From positions 10,802 through 74,801 of the forward strand of contig NZ_CAJKVK010000001.1 of the NCBI RefSeq assembly GCF_905203285.1: 64,000 nucleotides of DNA. Direction: 5' to 3'. The notes beneath the pieces are model-generated. The model was not told the DNA's origin. It worked only from the letters and a program-made list of their open reading frames with translations, and made no database searches. Every line of letters starts with the position of its first letter. Positions within the stretch are counted from its first letter, which is position 1. A program made the position numbers and the translations under genes. Shown here one piece after another: positions 46,788 to 57,183 of this stretch. Source of the stretch: an uncultured Succinatimonas sp. (GTDB lineage Bacteria; Pseudomonadota; Gammaproteobacteria; Enterobacterales; Succinivibrionaceae).

Positions 46788-47930
46788 ATGTCAGATTTCA
46801 TAGTAAATGAGTCTAAATTTATTGTAGACATGGATGCAAAAACGGATTCTTTTTTGTCTGTAGGTGAGATTTTGCCAGACGGCTTGCAAGTTAGCGATAT
46901 GCTTGATAATGCAGCAGTATGGCAGATATATGCAAGTGAAGATAACAGTGCTTTGATTTTGGCTGTAATGCCCGATTTGGCAAAGCGCTGGGTAGCAGAA
47001 GGATATATTAAGGAAAGCGCTGTTTTTCATCACGTAAGCGGCGGCAGAGAAGTTGCTTTATTAATTTCTCCTTCTTCTTTAATTGTTTCTCCGGTCACTG
47101 CTGTACGCTTTGACCATTCACAAAATTATGCCCGTTCTTTTTTCTGTGCATTGTTTAATTCACGTCTTAAAAATCATGAGATTAATTTACGTGATTCGAT
47201 ATTTTTCGAACTTTATGACGTCTTGCTCCCTACATATACTTTGACGCGTAATGTAGCGGACAAAGCTATTTTTAACAATGCTTCAGGCTTGTCTTTAACT
47301 GAAGATTTATCTTCCCCGGAAGATTTAACAGATCCGGGAGTTTCTTATCCTTATTTACTTAAAATTTTAAGGGATACAGATTGTAATGTTTGTTCCTGCG
47401 ATCCTTACTTGGTGCAGGGAGAAAGAGTTGACGATTTTTTAACCGTTGAAGGAGCCTCGGTTATTACTGGACCTTTAGTTATTCGTGAAAATTTTCAGGT
47501 ATTTGCTACCGACAGCGATAAAGTCGTTTTACTTATGGAAAACGATTTTGCCTTAAGCATGGTTGAGGCGGGACTTATTGAGCAGATGGATTTAAAGTCA
47601 GTTCAATTAGGCTTTGGCGTGCTAAGAGCTTTAGTGTTAAACCGCCGTTTTGCAGTCGAGTGTTTAGATGACAGACATTATGGCCTTACCGTAAATTCAT
47701 CTTTAAAGCTCGCTTCAACTATTTACAGAATGCGTGTAAAAAATGCTCAGGCATCTTTAAACAACGGTCTGTACCTTGAGGAAAAAGGCATAATTTTGGC
47801 TAATAATGCTGAATCTAAAGTAAACGACGCAGCTCTGATGCGTTCTATTATGCTTGAAGGCCCTTTTGCTTTGGCTCCTTTTTCGTATGAAGATATTGAT
47901 GATGCCGTGACATTAGCATCCCGTCGTTAA
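46788..47930 (+). CDS. hypothetical acidic 381-aa protein, no recognisable domain
   Basis: A strong SD (GAGAGGTGGAT) lies 5 nt before ATG 46788. Long uninterrupted ORF with ordinary codon usage. Confidence 0.55.
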   Translation: MSDFIVNESKFIVDMDAKTDSFLSVGEILPDGLQVSDMLDNAAVWQIYASEDNSALILAVMPDLAKRWVAEGYIKESAVFHHVSGGREVALLISPSSLIVSPVTAVRFDHSQNYARSFFCALFNSRLKNHEINLRDSIFFELYDVLLPTYTLTRNVADKAIFNNASGLSLTEDLSSPEDLTDPGVSYPYLLKILRDTDCNVCSCDPYLVQGERVDDFLTVEGASVITGPLVIRENFQVFATDSDKVVLLMENDFALSMVEAGLIEQMDLKSVQLGFGVLRALVLNRRFAVECLDDRHYGLTVNSSLKLASTIYRMRVKNAQASLNNGLYLEEKGIILANNAESKVNDAALMRSIMLEGPFALAPFSYEDIDDAVTLASRR

Positions 47931-47985
47931 TCATTTAAAAAAATCCCCGCAGCATGAGCTTGCGGGGATTTGAAATTACTTCTCT

Positions 47986-50900
47986 TTACAAATTGTCGAT
48001 TCTCTTAGCTTCCTCAGCTTCTCTTGATTTCTGATAAAGCCTTTCAAGTCTCTGACGTTCTCTTTCAGCGAGCTTTTTCTTGGTTTCAGGCGGAATATAC
48101 TTCGTGAAGTATCTCATGATAAGGACGAAGAATACCGGAACGAAGAAAATAGCAAGCACGGTTGCTGATAACATACCGCCGATAACGCAGATACCGATTT
48201 CGTTTCGACCGGCAGCGCCTGCACCGGAGCTTACGGCAAGCGGCAATACACCTAAAATGAATGCCGCTGAGGTCATAAGGATCGGGCGCAAACGGATTTT
48301 GGCAGCTTCGATAACCGCTTCGGTAAGGCGCGAACCTTTATCGTAAAGCTCTTTGGCAAACTCTACGATCAAAATAGCGTTCTTTGCCGACAATCCCACT
48401 GTCGTCAGCAAACCTACCTGGAAGTAAACGTCATTGGTAAGTACCGTTTGAACAGGCACGTATTGAGTAATAAGAGCTGCAAGTACGGCACCGATAATAC
48501 CAAGCGGCAGAACCATCATAACGGCAAACGGAATTGACCATGATTCATACAAGGCAGCCAAGCATAAGAATACTACCAAGATGGATACGGCATAAAGCAT
48601 AGGAGCTTGCTGTCCTGACAATCTTTCCTGGTAGGAAACACCGGTCCAGGAAATACTGTAGCCTGGTGGCAGTACTTCAGCTGCTATGCGTTCCATTTCA
48701 TCCATAGCTTCACCGGTTGAAACTCCGGGTGCAGGGGCACCTTGAATATTCATGGCGCCGACACCGTTATAACGTTCAAGTCGCGGTGAACCGTAAGTCC
48801 ATTCAGTTGAGGCAAAAGCACTGAACGGAATCATCTGTCCTTCGTTGTTGCGTACGTACCACTTGTTAAGGTCAAGTTCGGTCATACGGGCAGAAGCTTC
48901 TGCCTGCAGATAAACTTTTTTAACACGTGAACGCTCCATAAAGTTATCGATATAAGCAGAACCCCAAGCAACTGACAGAGTATTGTTAATATCAGCAATG
49001 GACAAGCCCAGCGACATTGCCTTTTCGTAATCAAGGTTCAGCTTAAACTGAGGGGTATCATCCATACCGTTGGCACGAACTTGCATTAAAAGCGGGGATT
49101 GCTGTGCGGCATAGACATAGTCTTGTCTTACTTTGGTCAGGGCTTCGTGTCCGGCACCGCCGTTATCCATTAAGTACATATCAAAGCCGTTTGCTGTACC
49201 CAATTCAGGAATTGCCGGAATGTTGAATGCATATGCAAGACCTTCACGAATGCCCATAAGCGGCATGTAAGAACGGTTGGCGATTGCGTCCGCATGCTGA
49301 TCGGGCTCTGTTCTTTCTGACCAATCTTTAAGCCTTACGAAAGCAAGACCTGCGTTTTGTCCGGAACCGGCGAAGGAGAATCCGGTTACGTACATTACGG
49401 AGGCTACATTTTTTTCTTCCTCAATAAGGAAGTAATCTGCCATTTTACGTAATGCTCCGCCGGTCTTCTCTACGGTAGAACCTGCCGGTAAATTAACCAT
49501 AGCAAGGAGCACACCCTGATCTTCTGTCGGCAAGAACGCTGACGGAATTTTCAGGAAGCAATAAACCAAGGCAACGCAAATACCGATATAAATAACGATT
49601 TGACGTTTAATCTGATGTACTACTTTGCTTACATGTTTTTGGTAGCTTACGCTTAAAGCGTTATAAAAACGGTTAAAGCCGGAGAAGAAAAACTCAAGCG
49701 GTTTAAACAATATGGAAAAGCCACCGGAGATTTTTCTTAAAATGACATTTTTCGGCTTAAGGTTACGATGATCTTTTCCTTGCAGAATGGTAGCGCACAA
49801 AGCAGGAGTCAAAATCAAAGCAATCAGCACCGACAAAGTCATGGCTGAAACGATAGTGATGGAGAATTGGCGGTAAATAACACCGGTAGAACCGCCGAAG
49901 AATGCCATCGGAACAAAAACGGCTGATAGTACCAATGCAATACCGATCAAAGCTCCGGTGATCTGATCCATGGATCTTTCTGTCGCTTCTTTTGGCGGTA
50001 GATTCTCTTCATGGATGATTCGTTCCACGTTTTCGACAACCACGATGGCGTCATCCACCAACAAGCCGATCGCCAATACCAAGCCGAACATGGTCAAGGT
50101 ATTAATTGAAAAGCCGAATACCGACATAATGGCAAATGTGCCGAGCAGTACGACCGGAACCGTAATCGTCGGAATCAAGGTTGCTCTTACATTTTGTAAG
50201 AACACGTACATAATGATAACGACGAGGATAATTGCTTCAATTAAGGTATGGAATACTTCGTTAATTGAAATATTAATAAAGTCGGTGGTGTCATACGGAT
50301 AATTGACTTCGATCCATTCAGGGAAGTATACGCTTAACTCATTGATAAGCTCTTTAACGCGTTTTGCCGTATCAAGAGCGTTAGCGCCTGATGACAAACG
50401 AATAGCAAGACCTGATGAAGGCAAGTGGTTGTATGAGCCTTGAACGTTATAACTCTCAGAACCAAGTTCAATTCGAGCTACATCTTTAAGGTGTATTTTG
50501 CTTCCGTCCTGGTTTACGCGAATGAGGATGTTTTCAAATTGTTCAACATTTTGTAAACGCGATTGACCGGTGATGGAATATGCGTATTGCTGTCCGGCAA
50601 CAGCAGGAGTACCGCCTAATGAGCCGTAAGTGATCTGAGCGTTTTGTGCTGTGATTGCCGAATTGACTTCAGCTACGGTAACGGCAAGGTTGTTAAGTTT
50701 TTCAGGATCAAGCCAAATACGCATTGCGTACTCAGAACCGAATACCATTAAGTCGCCTACACCCTGGACACGAGCCATCGGCTCTCGGATGTTGGCATAA
50801 ATATAGTCTGATAAGTCGGTATTGGTGTGAACTCCGTCAATGGCGTTAAGACCAACTACCATCAAGAAAGCGTTGGTACTCTTGGTGACATCAACACCGT

Positions 50901-51273
50901 TTGACTGTACGACTTCAGGTAACTGAGACTGAGTCTGCTGCAGCTTGTTTTGCACCTGAACCTGGGCAATATCCGGGTTAGTTCCCGGTTCAAAGGTGAT
51001 AGTGATGTCTGAATTACCGTATGAGTCGGAAGTTGCCGACATGTACATGTAGCCGTCAAGACCGGTCATGTTCTGCTCAATGATCTGAGTAACGGAGCGC
51101 TCTACGGTAGTTGCGTCAGCACCAGGATATGATGAGCGAATGGAAACTGACGGAGGTGCAATTGTCGGATACTGGGAAATAGGCAGCGTGAAAACTGCGA
51201 ACAATCCCGCAAGCATGATGACAATCGCAATCACCCATGCAAAAATCGGGCGATTAATAAAGAAACGAGCCAT
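47986..51273 (-). CDS. RND multidrug efflux permease (AcrB/MexB family)
   Basis: [24 protein letters not shown]-terminus. 1095 aa with about 12 TM segments and two large periplasmic loops. Charged ~45-aa C-terminal extension. Confidence 0.92.
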   Translation of the reverse strand: MARFFINRPIFAWVIAIVIMLAGLFAVFTLPISQYPTIAPPSVSIRSSYPGADATTVERSVTQIIEQNMTGLDGYMYMSATSDSYGNSDITITFEPGTNPDIAQVQVQNKLQQTQSQLPEVVQSNGVDVTKSTNAFLMVVGLNAIDGVHTNTDLSDYIYANIREPMARVQGVGDLMVFGSEYAMRIWLDPEKLNNLAVTVAEVNSAITAQNAQITYGSLGGTPAVAGQQYAYSITGQSRLQNVEQFENILIRVNQDGSKIHLKDVARIELGSESYNVQGSYNHLPSSGLAIRLSSGANALDTAKRVKELINELSVYFPEWIEVNYPYDTTDFINISINEVFHTLIEAIILVVIIMYVFLQNVRATLIPTITVPVVLLGTFAIMSVFGFSINTLTMFGLVLAIGLLVDDAIVVVENVERIIHEENLPPKEATERSMDQITGALIGIALVLSAVFVPMAFFGGSTGVIYRQFSITIVSAMTLSVLIALILTPALCATILQGKDHRNLKPKNVILRKISGGFSILFKPLEFFFSGFNRFYNALSVSYQKHVSKVVHQIKRQIVIYIGICVALVYCFLKIPSAFLPTEDQGVLLAMVNLPAGSTVEKTGGALRKMADYFLIEEEKNVASVMYVTGFSFAGSGQNAGLAFVRLKDWSERTEPDQHADAIANRSYMPLMGIREGLAYAFNIPAIPELGTANGFDMYLMDNGGAGHEALTKVRQDYVYAAQQSPLLMQVRANGMDDTPQFKLNLDYEKAMSLGLSIADINNTLSVAWGSAYIDNFMERSRVKKVYLQAEASARMTELDLNKWYVRNNEGQMIPFSAFASTEWTYGSPRLERYNGVGAMNIQGAPAPGVSTGEAMDEMERIAAEVLPPGYSISWTGVSYQERLSGQQAPMLYAVSILVVFLCLAALYESWSIPFAVMMVLPLGIIGAVLAALITQYVPVQTVLTNDVYFQVGLLTTVGLSAKNAILIVEFAKELYDKGSRLTEAVIEAAKIRLRPILMTSAAFILGVLPLAVSSGAGAAGRNEIGICVIGGMLSATVLAIFFVPVFFVLIMRYFTKYIPPETKKKLAERERQRLERLYQKSREAEEAKRIDNL

Positions 51274-51299
51274 TATTTATTATCTCCAATCAATCCTTA

Positions 51300-52463
51300 T
51301 TATTCCGCCTTATCTTTTTCCTGACTGTTGTCAACTTCAGAGACATCAGTTCCGGTACGGATCTTCTGGATATTGCTGGTAATGACTTTGTCCCCTGGCA
51401 TAAGGCCGTCGGTAATAACGAAAATGTCCTGATACTCGGTACCGACTTTAACCACGGTTCTTTTAGCTTTGTTTTCAGGGGTAATGGTGTAAACATAAGT
51501 TTCACCGGCAGCTTCTCTGATTACTGCATCTTTACGGACAACTGTGGCATCCGGGATATAACCTTCGTTAATATCGCCTCTTATGAACATTCCGGGAAGG
51601 ATAACGTTATCCGGGTTAGGCAGAATTGTACGAAGGTTTACCATGCCGGTAGTTTCGTCAACCGTTATATCGGAGAACTCAAGTTGGCCAGGAAGGTTAT
51701 ATTTACTGCCGTCAGAGAAATAAATATCAAGCGGGGCTTTTCCGTCAACAAGCTTAAAAGAACCGCTTTCTACAGCGCGGCGCAGAGCCAAGTGCTGCTC
51801 AACGGACTGACCTAAATCAACGTACATCGGATCAAGCTGCTGAATGGTGGCAAGAGGGTTTGCCTGCTGAGCACTGACTAATGCACCTTCGGTGAAGTCA
51901 GATTTTCCGATACGTCCTGAAATAGGGGCATAGACTTTGGTATATGCAAGATTGATTTCAGCGGTTTTAAGCTGTGCTTTGGCGCTGTTTACGCTTGCTT
52001 TTGCCTGCAGGTATGCAGCTTCGGCGTCGTCATAATCCTGTTTACTGATAGCGTTTGATTTTATAAGTTTTTTGTAACGGTCAAAACGCAAAGAAGTGGA
52101 AGTTAAAGTTGCTTTAGCACTTTCAAGCTGTGCTTTGGCGCTGTCTACAGCTGCTTCGTACAAAGCAGGATCAATTTGGTAAAGCTGCTGTCCTTCTTCA
52201 ACGATAGAGCCTTCGGTAAATAAACGTTTAAGAATGATGCCTGAAACCTGCGGTCTCACTTCGGCTTTTCGGACAGGGTCGGCGCGTCCTGTAAGTCTTG
52301 AAGTTACCGGAACGTCCATGGTTGTAACTACTGCAACGTCTACGGGGACTGCAGCGCTGGCTGCTTGAGTGGCAGCTTCTTTTTCACATCCGGAAAGAAT
52401 AAAAACTGAAAGAGCAATTGCTCCCGGGATAAGATTTTTATGCTTGACCTTAGACAAGAACAT
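51300..52463 (-). CDS. RND efflux periplasmic adaptor (AcrA/MexA family)
   Basis: Lipoprotein signal peptide ending in LSGC. Coiled-coil hairpin and lipoyl/beta-barrel domains. 387 aa, upstream of the RND pump gene. Confidence 0.9.
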   Translation of the reverse strand: MFLSKVKHKNLIPGAIALSVFILSGCEKEAATQAASAAVPVDVAVVTTMDVPVTSRLTGRADPVRKAEVRPQVSGIILKRLFTEGSIVEEGQQLYQIDPALYEAAVDSAKAQLESAKATLTSTSLRFDRYKKLIKSNAISKQDYDDAEAAYLQAKASVNSAKAQLKTAEINLAYTKVYAPISGRIGKSDFTEGALVSAQQANPLATIQQLDPMYVDLGQSVEQHLALRRAVESGSFKLVDGKAPLDIYFSDGSKYNLPGQLEFSDITVDETTGMVNLRTILPNPDNVILPGMFIRGDINEGYIPDATVVRKDAVIREAAGETYVYTITPENKAKRTVVKVGTEYQDIFVITDGLMPGDKVITSNIQKIRTGTDVSEVDNSQEKDKAE

Positions 52464-52536
52464 ATAATTTTTCCTGGTTTTAGCTTGTTATTGTAAAGAG
52501 AATTATGACCTTAAATTATAAAACTTTTATTTTAAA

Positions 52537-52552
52537 CATACACTAATGTATG
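52537..52552. promoter_or_regulatory. palindromic operator CATACActaaTGTATG about 90 bp upstream of the adaptor gene (candidate TetR-family repressor site)
   Basis: Perfect 6-bp inverted repeat CATACA-N4-TGTATG. A second copy lies at 52804-52819. Confidence 0.5.
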
Positions 52553-52803
52553 AATAAAATAATTGTCACGAAGATTAAGTAATATTTTCATTTTATTTCA
52601 ATAAGATAACAAGAAAAATGAATAAATCGCCAAATACTTATAAAGACAAAAATGCAAATTATGAATGCAAGCTCTTTTTGATTAAAAAACAATAGCCGGA
52701 AATTTGTCTCTTATAAGGGATAGAGAGGAGTTTTATCGTAAAAAATTTTTATTCGATGCCTATTCACAGATGAATATTTTTATGTAAACTAAGTCAAAAT
52801 AAA

Positions 52804-52819
52804 CATACACTGATGTATG
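52804..52819. promoter_or_regulatory. second copy of operator CATACActgaTGTATG about 60 bp upstream of the TetR gene (candidate autoregulatory site)
   Basis: Same inverted-repeat arms as the 52537 copy. Seen directly in the sequence. Confidence 0.5.
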
Positions 52820-52879
52820 TTATTCTTCAAAAAGACTCAATCAAATATTTTATATTTAAAATCATAAGGTTAAACAATA

Positions 52880-53518
52880 ATGCCGAAGCGTACACATGAA
52901 GAAGCCTTGCAGACTAAAAAACAAATAATGGATGCAGCCGTTACTTTGTTCTCTTCAAAAGGTTATGAAAAAACCAGTTTATCGGACGTTGCCCGAGCTG
53001 CTGGTGTTACGCGCGGTGCTATTTATTGGCATTTTGAGAATAAAGGGGAGCTTTTAATTGAGTTGCTGCAGGCAATTGCCAAGGATAAAAATTTGGTTGA
53101 GCCGCTGCTTGATTCAGCCAAAGAAAGTGAATTTGACCCTTTAGGCTGTATCCGTAAATGGCTTTATGCTCACGGTACTGAAGCTAATTTATTGTTTGTC
53201 TCGGAAATTGCAAAAATCGGATTGAGCGCTTTACTTGAGATTATAGGTGAAGAAGAGCTTCACTATAGAATGCATGAGCTGGTGCGAAATCGCGTTTATT
53301 ATTTAAAAGAAGGTATTAAAAATGCAATTCGCCGCAGACAGCTGCCTGCAGATGTCGATGTAGAGCTGGCGGCTGAAGCAATTAATCTGATGCTTGTAGG
53401 ATATGTTCTTGCAGTACGTAAAGATAAAGCTTTTTGGACTTTAAACCGTTATTATCGCTTGGTTGATGCTTGCCTTATTTCTCTTGTAAGCATTAAGCGT
53501 GATATGAATTCTTATTAA
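52880..53518 (+). CDS. TetR/AcrR-family transcriptional repressor
   Basis: N-terminal TetR HTH (YEKTSLSDVARAAGVTRGAIYWHFENK). Divergent from the RND operon. Confidence 0.88.
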   Translation: MPKRTHEEALQTKKQIMDAAVTLFSSKGYEKTSLSDVARAAGVTRGAIYWHFENKGELLIELLQAIAKDKNLVEPLLDSAKESEFDPLGCIRKWLYAHGTEANLLFVSEIAKIGLSALLEIIGEEELHYRMHELVRNRVYYLKEGIKNAIRRRQLPADVDVELAAEAINLMLVGYVLAVRKDKAFWTLNRYYRLVDACLISLVSIKRDMNSY

Positions 53519-53575
53519 TTATGATATTAATCAAAAGCAGAAATTACCTGCTTTTGATTAGAAATCTAAAATAAT

Positions 53576-54052
53576 CTATTTAATCGACCCGTCTTCTTTT
53601 AAGCCGACGCAAGCGGCATCAATTCCGTATTTGGCGATTTCTTCTGCGTTGTCAGGAAGCGGACGAGGTCTGCCGTTATCATCAACTGCAACATAAGTAA
53701 AAGATGCCTCGGTAACTTTATTGCGTGATGCTCTTTCTGTTTCGTAAACTTTTTTTACCCAAATCTCAAGTTTGATTTTAAGAGAAGTATGTCCTACGTG
53801 TATGCAGCGGCCGTAACAGCAGACGACATCACCGACATTTACCGGTTTTAAAAAGCTCATGGCATCAACTGCGACGGTAACAACTCTTCCACCGGCAATT
53901 TCTCTTGCTAAAATTGCGCCTGAGATGTCCATTTGCGACATGATCCATCCGCCGAAAATATCTCCTGCAGGATTGGTATCTCCCGGCATGGCAAGAGTTC
54001 TTAATAATAAGTTGCCGACAGGAGGATGCTCTTGTTCTTGTGTTTGTGCCAT
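53576..54052 (-). CDS. acyl-CoA thioesterase, hotdog fold (YciA-like)
   Basis: 158 aa. LAMPGDTNPAGDIFGGWIMSQMD matches the YciA N-terminus. Confidence 0.8.
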   Translation of the reverse strand: MAQTQEQEHPPVGNLLLRTLAMPGDTNPAGDIFGGWIMSQMDISGAILAREIAGGRVVTVAVDAMSFLKPVNVGDVVCCYGRCIHVGHTSLKIKLEIWVKKVYETERASRNKVTEASFTYVAVDDNGRPRPLPDNAEEIAKYGIDAACVGLKEDGSIK

Positions 54053-54114
54053 CTTGCTTCCTTAATTTTGTTACAATTGTTGTCGTGATTTTACTACAAA
54101 AAAGAAGAAGCAAA

Positions 54115-55140
54115 ATGCCTGAAATCCAAGCTATGTCTTTAGAAAAGCAACAAGACCACTTACAAAAAGTGTCACGCACTTTTGCATTGACCATTCCTCT
54201 TTTACCCCCTGACCTTAGGGATTATGTGGGAAATGCTTATTTGTTGTGCCGCATCGCCGATACCATCGAAGATGATCCTAAGGCTGATGCTGTAAAAAAA
54301 GCAGTATGGCTTAAAGATTTCGCTTTTTTGGCTTTTAACGGTTTTCAAAATGAAGCTTTATTAATCTCTTTAAGAGAAAAAGCTCTTTTATTGGTTAAAG
54401 ACGGGGCAAAAGAGGCTGAATACGCTTTGCTTGAAGATATGGTAGAGGTTATCAACCGTACTTTGTCTTTTCCTAAAATGCAGCTTGATATCCTATCCCG
54501 CGGGGTCGGGGTTCTTTCCTCGGGAATGGCGGATAAAATTGCTGAAACCAAGATAAAAAATGAAGATGACGTTGATGATTACTGCTATATGGTGGCAGGC
54601 GTTGTCGGTGAGCTTTTGGCTTCGTTATTTTTTAATATTACCGTCAAAAGCGCATCCCCCGGTATGGATATCATGGCAAAAGCGGTAAGCTTCGGTGAGG
54701 GGCTGCAGCTTACCAATATTTTAAAAGATCGCTACGAAGATAATGTCCGCAGTGTTTCATTTTTGCCTAGAGTTGCAGAAGACAAGCGTAAGGACGAGAT
54801 AGAGTTTTATGTCAAAAAGACCATGGGGCATCTTGATGACGCTTTGGATTTTGTTTTATCCGTTCCTGCAAAAGAAAGGGGGATAAGGCTCTTTTGTTAT
54901 TTTAATGTAGCGATGGCGATCATGACTTTAAAGAAAATCGCCAAGAACCCTTTTGGAAAAAGCAGTGATTTAAAAATTTCGCGTTCTGATGTAAAACGAC
55001 TTGCGGCTTTATGCCAATTTGCAGTAGGCTCTGATTTCTTGTTGAAGACACTGCATCGTCATTTAAGCTGCAGAATGCAGCGTAAACGCCAAGATATAAA
55101 AAAGCTTTATGCCAAAGTTACAAGATGGCATATGCTTTAG
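54115..55140 (+). CDS. squalene/phytoene synthase-family protein (trans-isoprenyl diphosphate synthase, head-to-head type)
   Basis: SRTFA near the N-terminus, Asp-rich region RIADTIEDD, and the family signature DDYCYMVAGVVGELL (YCyyVAGtVG). Start at ATG 54115. The ORF track begins upstream at 54040, inside yciA. Confidence 0.7.
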   Translation: MPEIQAMSLEKQQDHLQKVSRTFALTIPLLPPDLRDYVGNAYLLCRIADTIEDDPKADAVKKAVWLKDFAFLAFNGFQNEALLISLREKALLLVKDGAKEAEYALLEDMVEVINRTLSFPKMQLDILSRGVGVLSSGMADKIAETKIKNEDDVDDYCYMVAGVVGELLASLFFNITVKSASPGMDIMAKAVSFGEGLQLTNILKDRYEDNVRSVSFLPRVAEDKRKDEIEFYVKKTMGHLDDALDFVLSVPAKERGIRLFCYFNVAMAIMTLKKIAKNPFGKSSDLKISRSDVKRLAALCQFAVGSDFLLKTLHRHLSCRMQRKRQDIKKLYAKVTRWHML

Positions 55141-55150
55141 GAGTAAAAAT

Positions 55151-55765
55151 ATGATTAAAAAATTTCTGGTGTCAATTTTGGCAATTGTCGGTTTTTTTTC
55201 CTGTCAGGTGCAGGCGGCAGATGCTTTTAAAGAAGGTGTAAATTATAAAGTAATTGCGCAAACCGCAACGCCGCATAAAGAGATCCGTGAATTCTTTTCG
55301 TTTTGGTGCGGACATTGTTATTCGCTTCAGCCGATGTTCAATCAGATTGAAGAACGTTTTAAAAATGAAGCAGCCTTTGAACGCAATCCCATAAATCTTC
55401 TGGGTGGCAATATGGGGGTAGAGTCGCAAAAAGCTTTAGCTGTAGCTCAGCTGCTTAAAATTGATGATTTGTACGTGGAAACCTTATTTAAGCAAATGCA
55501 CGTTGACGGCAATATTCCGTCATCACATGACGATTTTGTTAAGCTGTTTGAGTCTCTCGGCGTCCCGGCACAGACTTTTGAATCCGATTACAATTCTTTC
55601 CCGGTCTTAGGTAAAGTCTCAACTTGGGATAAACTTACTGATGACTATAAACTTGATGCCGTTCCTGAGGTCGTGGTAAACGGCAAATATCTTACAATTA
55701 TGGAGTCAGTGGACACTCAGGGCGAGTTTATTGATTTAATCGCTTATCTTTTGACTCTTGATTAA
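55151..55765 (+). CDS. dsbA: thiol:disulfide interchange protein DsbA
   Basis: Signal peptide, active site FSFWCGHCY (CxxC), 204 aa. AGGAG RBS before ATG 55151. Confidence 0.88.
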   Translation: MIKKFLVSILAIVGFFSCQVQAADAFKEGVNYKVIAQTATPHKEIREFFSFWCGHCYSLQPMFNQIEERFKNEAAFERNPINLLGGNMGVESQKALAVAQLLKIDDLYVETLFKQMHVDGNIPSSHDDFVKLFESLGVPAQTFESDYNSFPVLGKVSTWDKLTDDYKLDAVPEVVVNGKYLTIMESVDTQGEFIDLIAYLLTLD

Positions 55766-55782
55766 TTATCTTATCCCGCCGG

Positions 55783-56706
55783 TTAATCTTTTTCGGCGGG
55801 GATTTTCATTTTTCTCTTTTTATACATTTCATCAAGCTCGGCATCTTTTCTTTCCCAAAGCTCACGCAGCCATAGGGTAAAAGAATGCTTAAACTGCTTG
55901 TCTCCAAGATAGTCACCGATAATTTCATCCGTCACTTTTATAGGTTCGATACTGGCATAAACGGTCTTAAGCTTTCCTTTTAGCATATCGATAAAAGGAC
56001 TTTCTTCATTATCAGGATAGCGTAGTGTTGTGTTAAAAAGGATCTCAATATCTTTGCCGATTTGCCCGAGGGCAATACCTAAAGATGCGGCTTTAGGCGG
56101 CATCAGGTGATGATAGGGAGATTTTATGGCAGCAGCCTTTTCTTTAGTATAGCGGGTTCCTTCAACGAAATTTACTAAGGTTGAGGGAGCGTGAATAAGT
56201 CTGCGGCATGCTTTGTTGGTGCTTTCGATATCCTTGGTTTTAAGTTTGGGATTTTTCAGCAGTTGCTGTTTGCTGTAACGGCGCAAAAAAGGCATGCCAA
56301 GTCCGAGGCAGGCAAGACCGATTAACGGAATATAAATAAGCGAGTGCTTTAAAAAGAACTTGGTAATAGGAATTTTGCCCCTGAAAATATGGCAAATCAT
56401 TACAATGTCTGCCCAGCTTTGATGATTGCAGATGATGATGCAGGAATTTTTTATTTTATTTAACTCCTCTGAACTTATCTGCCAATCTATTTTGTTGGTT
56501 AGCGCTATGGTCAGTGAGTTGTTTTGGACCCAGATCCCGTATAAAAAAAGATTAAGTCTTTCGATAATTTTAATAACCGGCGCAAAGGGCAATAAAACGC
56601 GCAGCAGAGCAAGGATTAAAATCGGGGTGGCGATTATTACGGTATTAATAACGATTAATATAAAGTTGATGACGAATAATAAAGGGCCAGGAAGAAAAGA
56701 AAGCAT
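55783..56706 (-). CDS. lysophospholipid/glycerol-phosphate acyltransferase-family protein (YihG-like)
   Basis: HX4D acyltransferase motif NHQSWAD. N-terminal TM segments. Lies convergent to dsbA, as yihG does in E. coli. Confidence 0.75.
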   Translation of the reverse strand: MLSFLPGPLLFVINFILIVINTVIIATPILILALLRVLLPFAPVIKIIERLNLFLYGIWVQNNSLTIALTNKIDWQISSEELNKIKNSCIIICNHQSWADIVMICHIFRGKIPITKFFLKHSLIYIPLIGLACLGLGMPFLRRYSKQQLLKNPKLKTKDIESTNKACRRLIHAPSTLVNFVEGTRYTKEKAAAIKSPYHHLMPPKAASLGIALGQIGKDIEILFNTTLRYPDNEESPFIDMLKGKLKTVYASIEPIKVTDEIIGDYLGDKQFKHSFTLWLRELWERKDAELDEMYKKRKMKIPAEKD

Positions 56707-57183
56707 ATTTTGTACCCGATAGATTATGATCGTGCATATTGTGCCAAAAAATGACTGCTTTTGCAGTTTTATTTTGTTGGGTAATGGGTTAATAACTTTG
56801 TGCCTAAAAATAAACGTGCACTATTTTAATGCAATATTGATCTTTTGATGCCTTCTTTTGATGCAAAAATTTCATAAAAAAGATGTGTTTTTTACAGATT
56901 AAAGCGAATAACTATTTGAATTTAATAGATAAATAGTAATAGACTCATACAGATCGAAAATCAATCATCTTATGTGTTTTTTTTTAGATCGATCGGCTTT
57001 ATTTTGCTGTGATAGAATCAAAAACAAGCAGTTGCCGCAGGCTAAAAGCTAAACGGCAAAATCAGAGTCACTGCATAAAAAGGATGCAAGGACCCTTTGA
57101 TTTTTTATACCGGTAACCTCCGACTTAAAAAATCACGAATTCAAAAAGTTATTAAATAAAAGAAATTAAGTAAGGTAAATAAA

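Noticed and set aside
54040-54114. 75-nt 5' extension of the squalene/phytoene synthase ORF in the six-frame track
   Set aside because: It would overlap the convergent start of the YciA-like gene. The ATG at 54115 follows an A-rich spacer and gives a family-typical N-terminus.
56736-56867. 43-aa ORF MIVHIVPKNDCFCSFILLGNGLITLCLKINVHYFNAILIF as an ilv leader peptide
   Set aside because: It contains scattered but not consecutive Ile/Leu/Val codons and lies about 450 bp from ilvE with no adjacent terminator/antiterminator pair. Not convincing.
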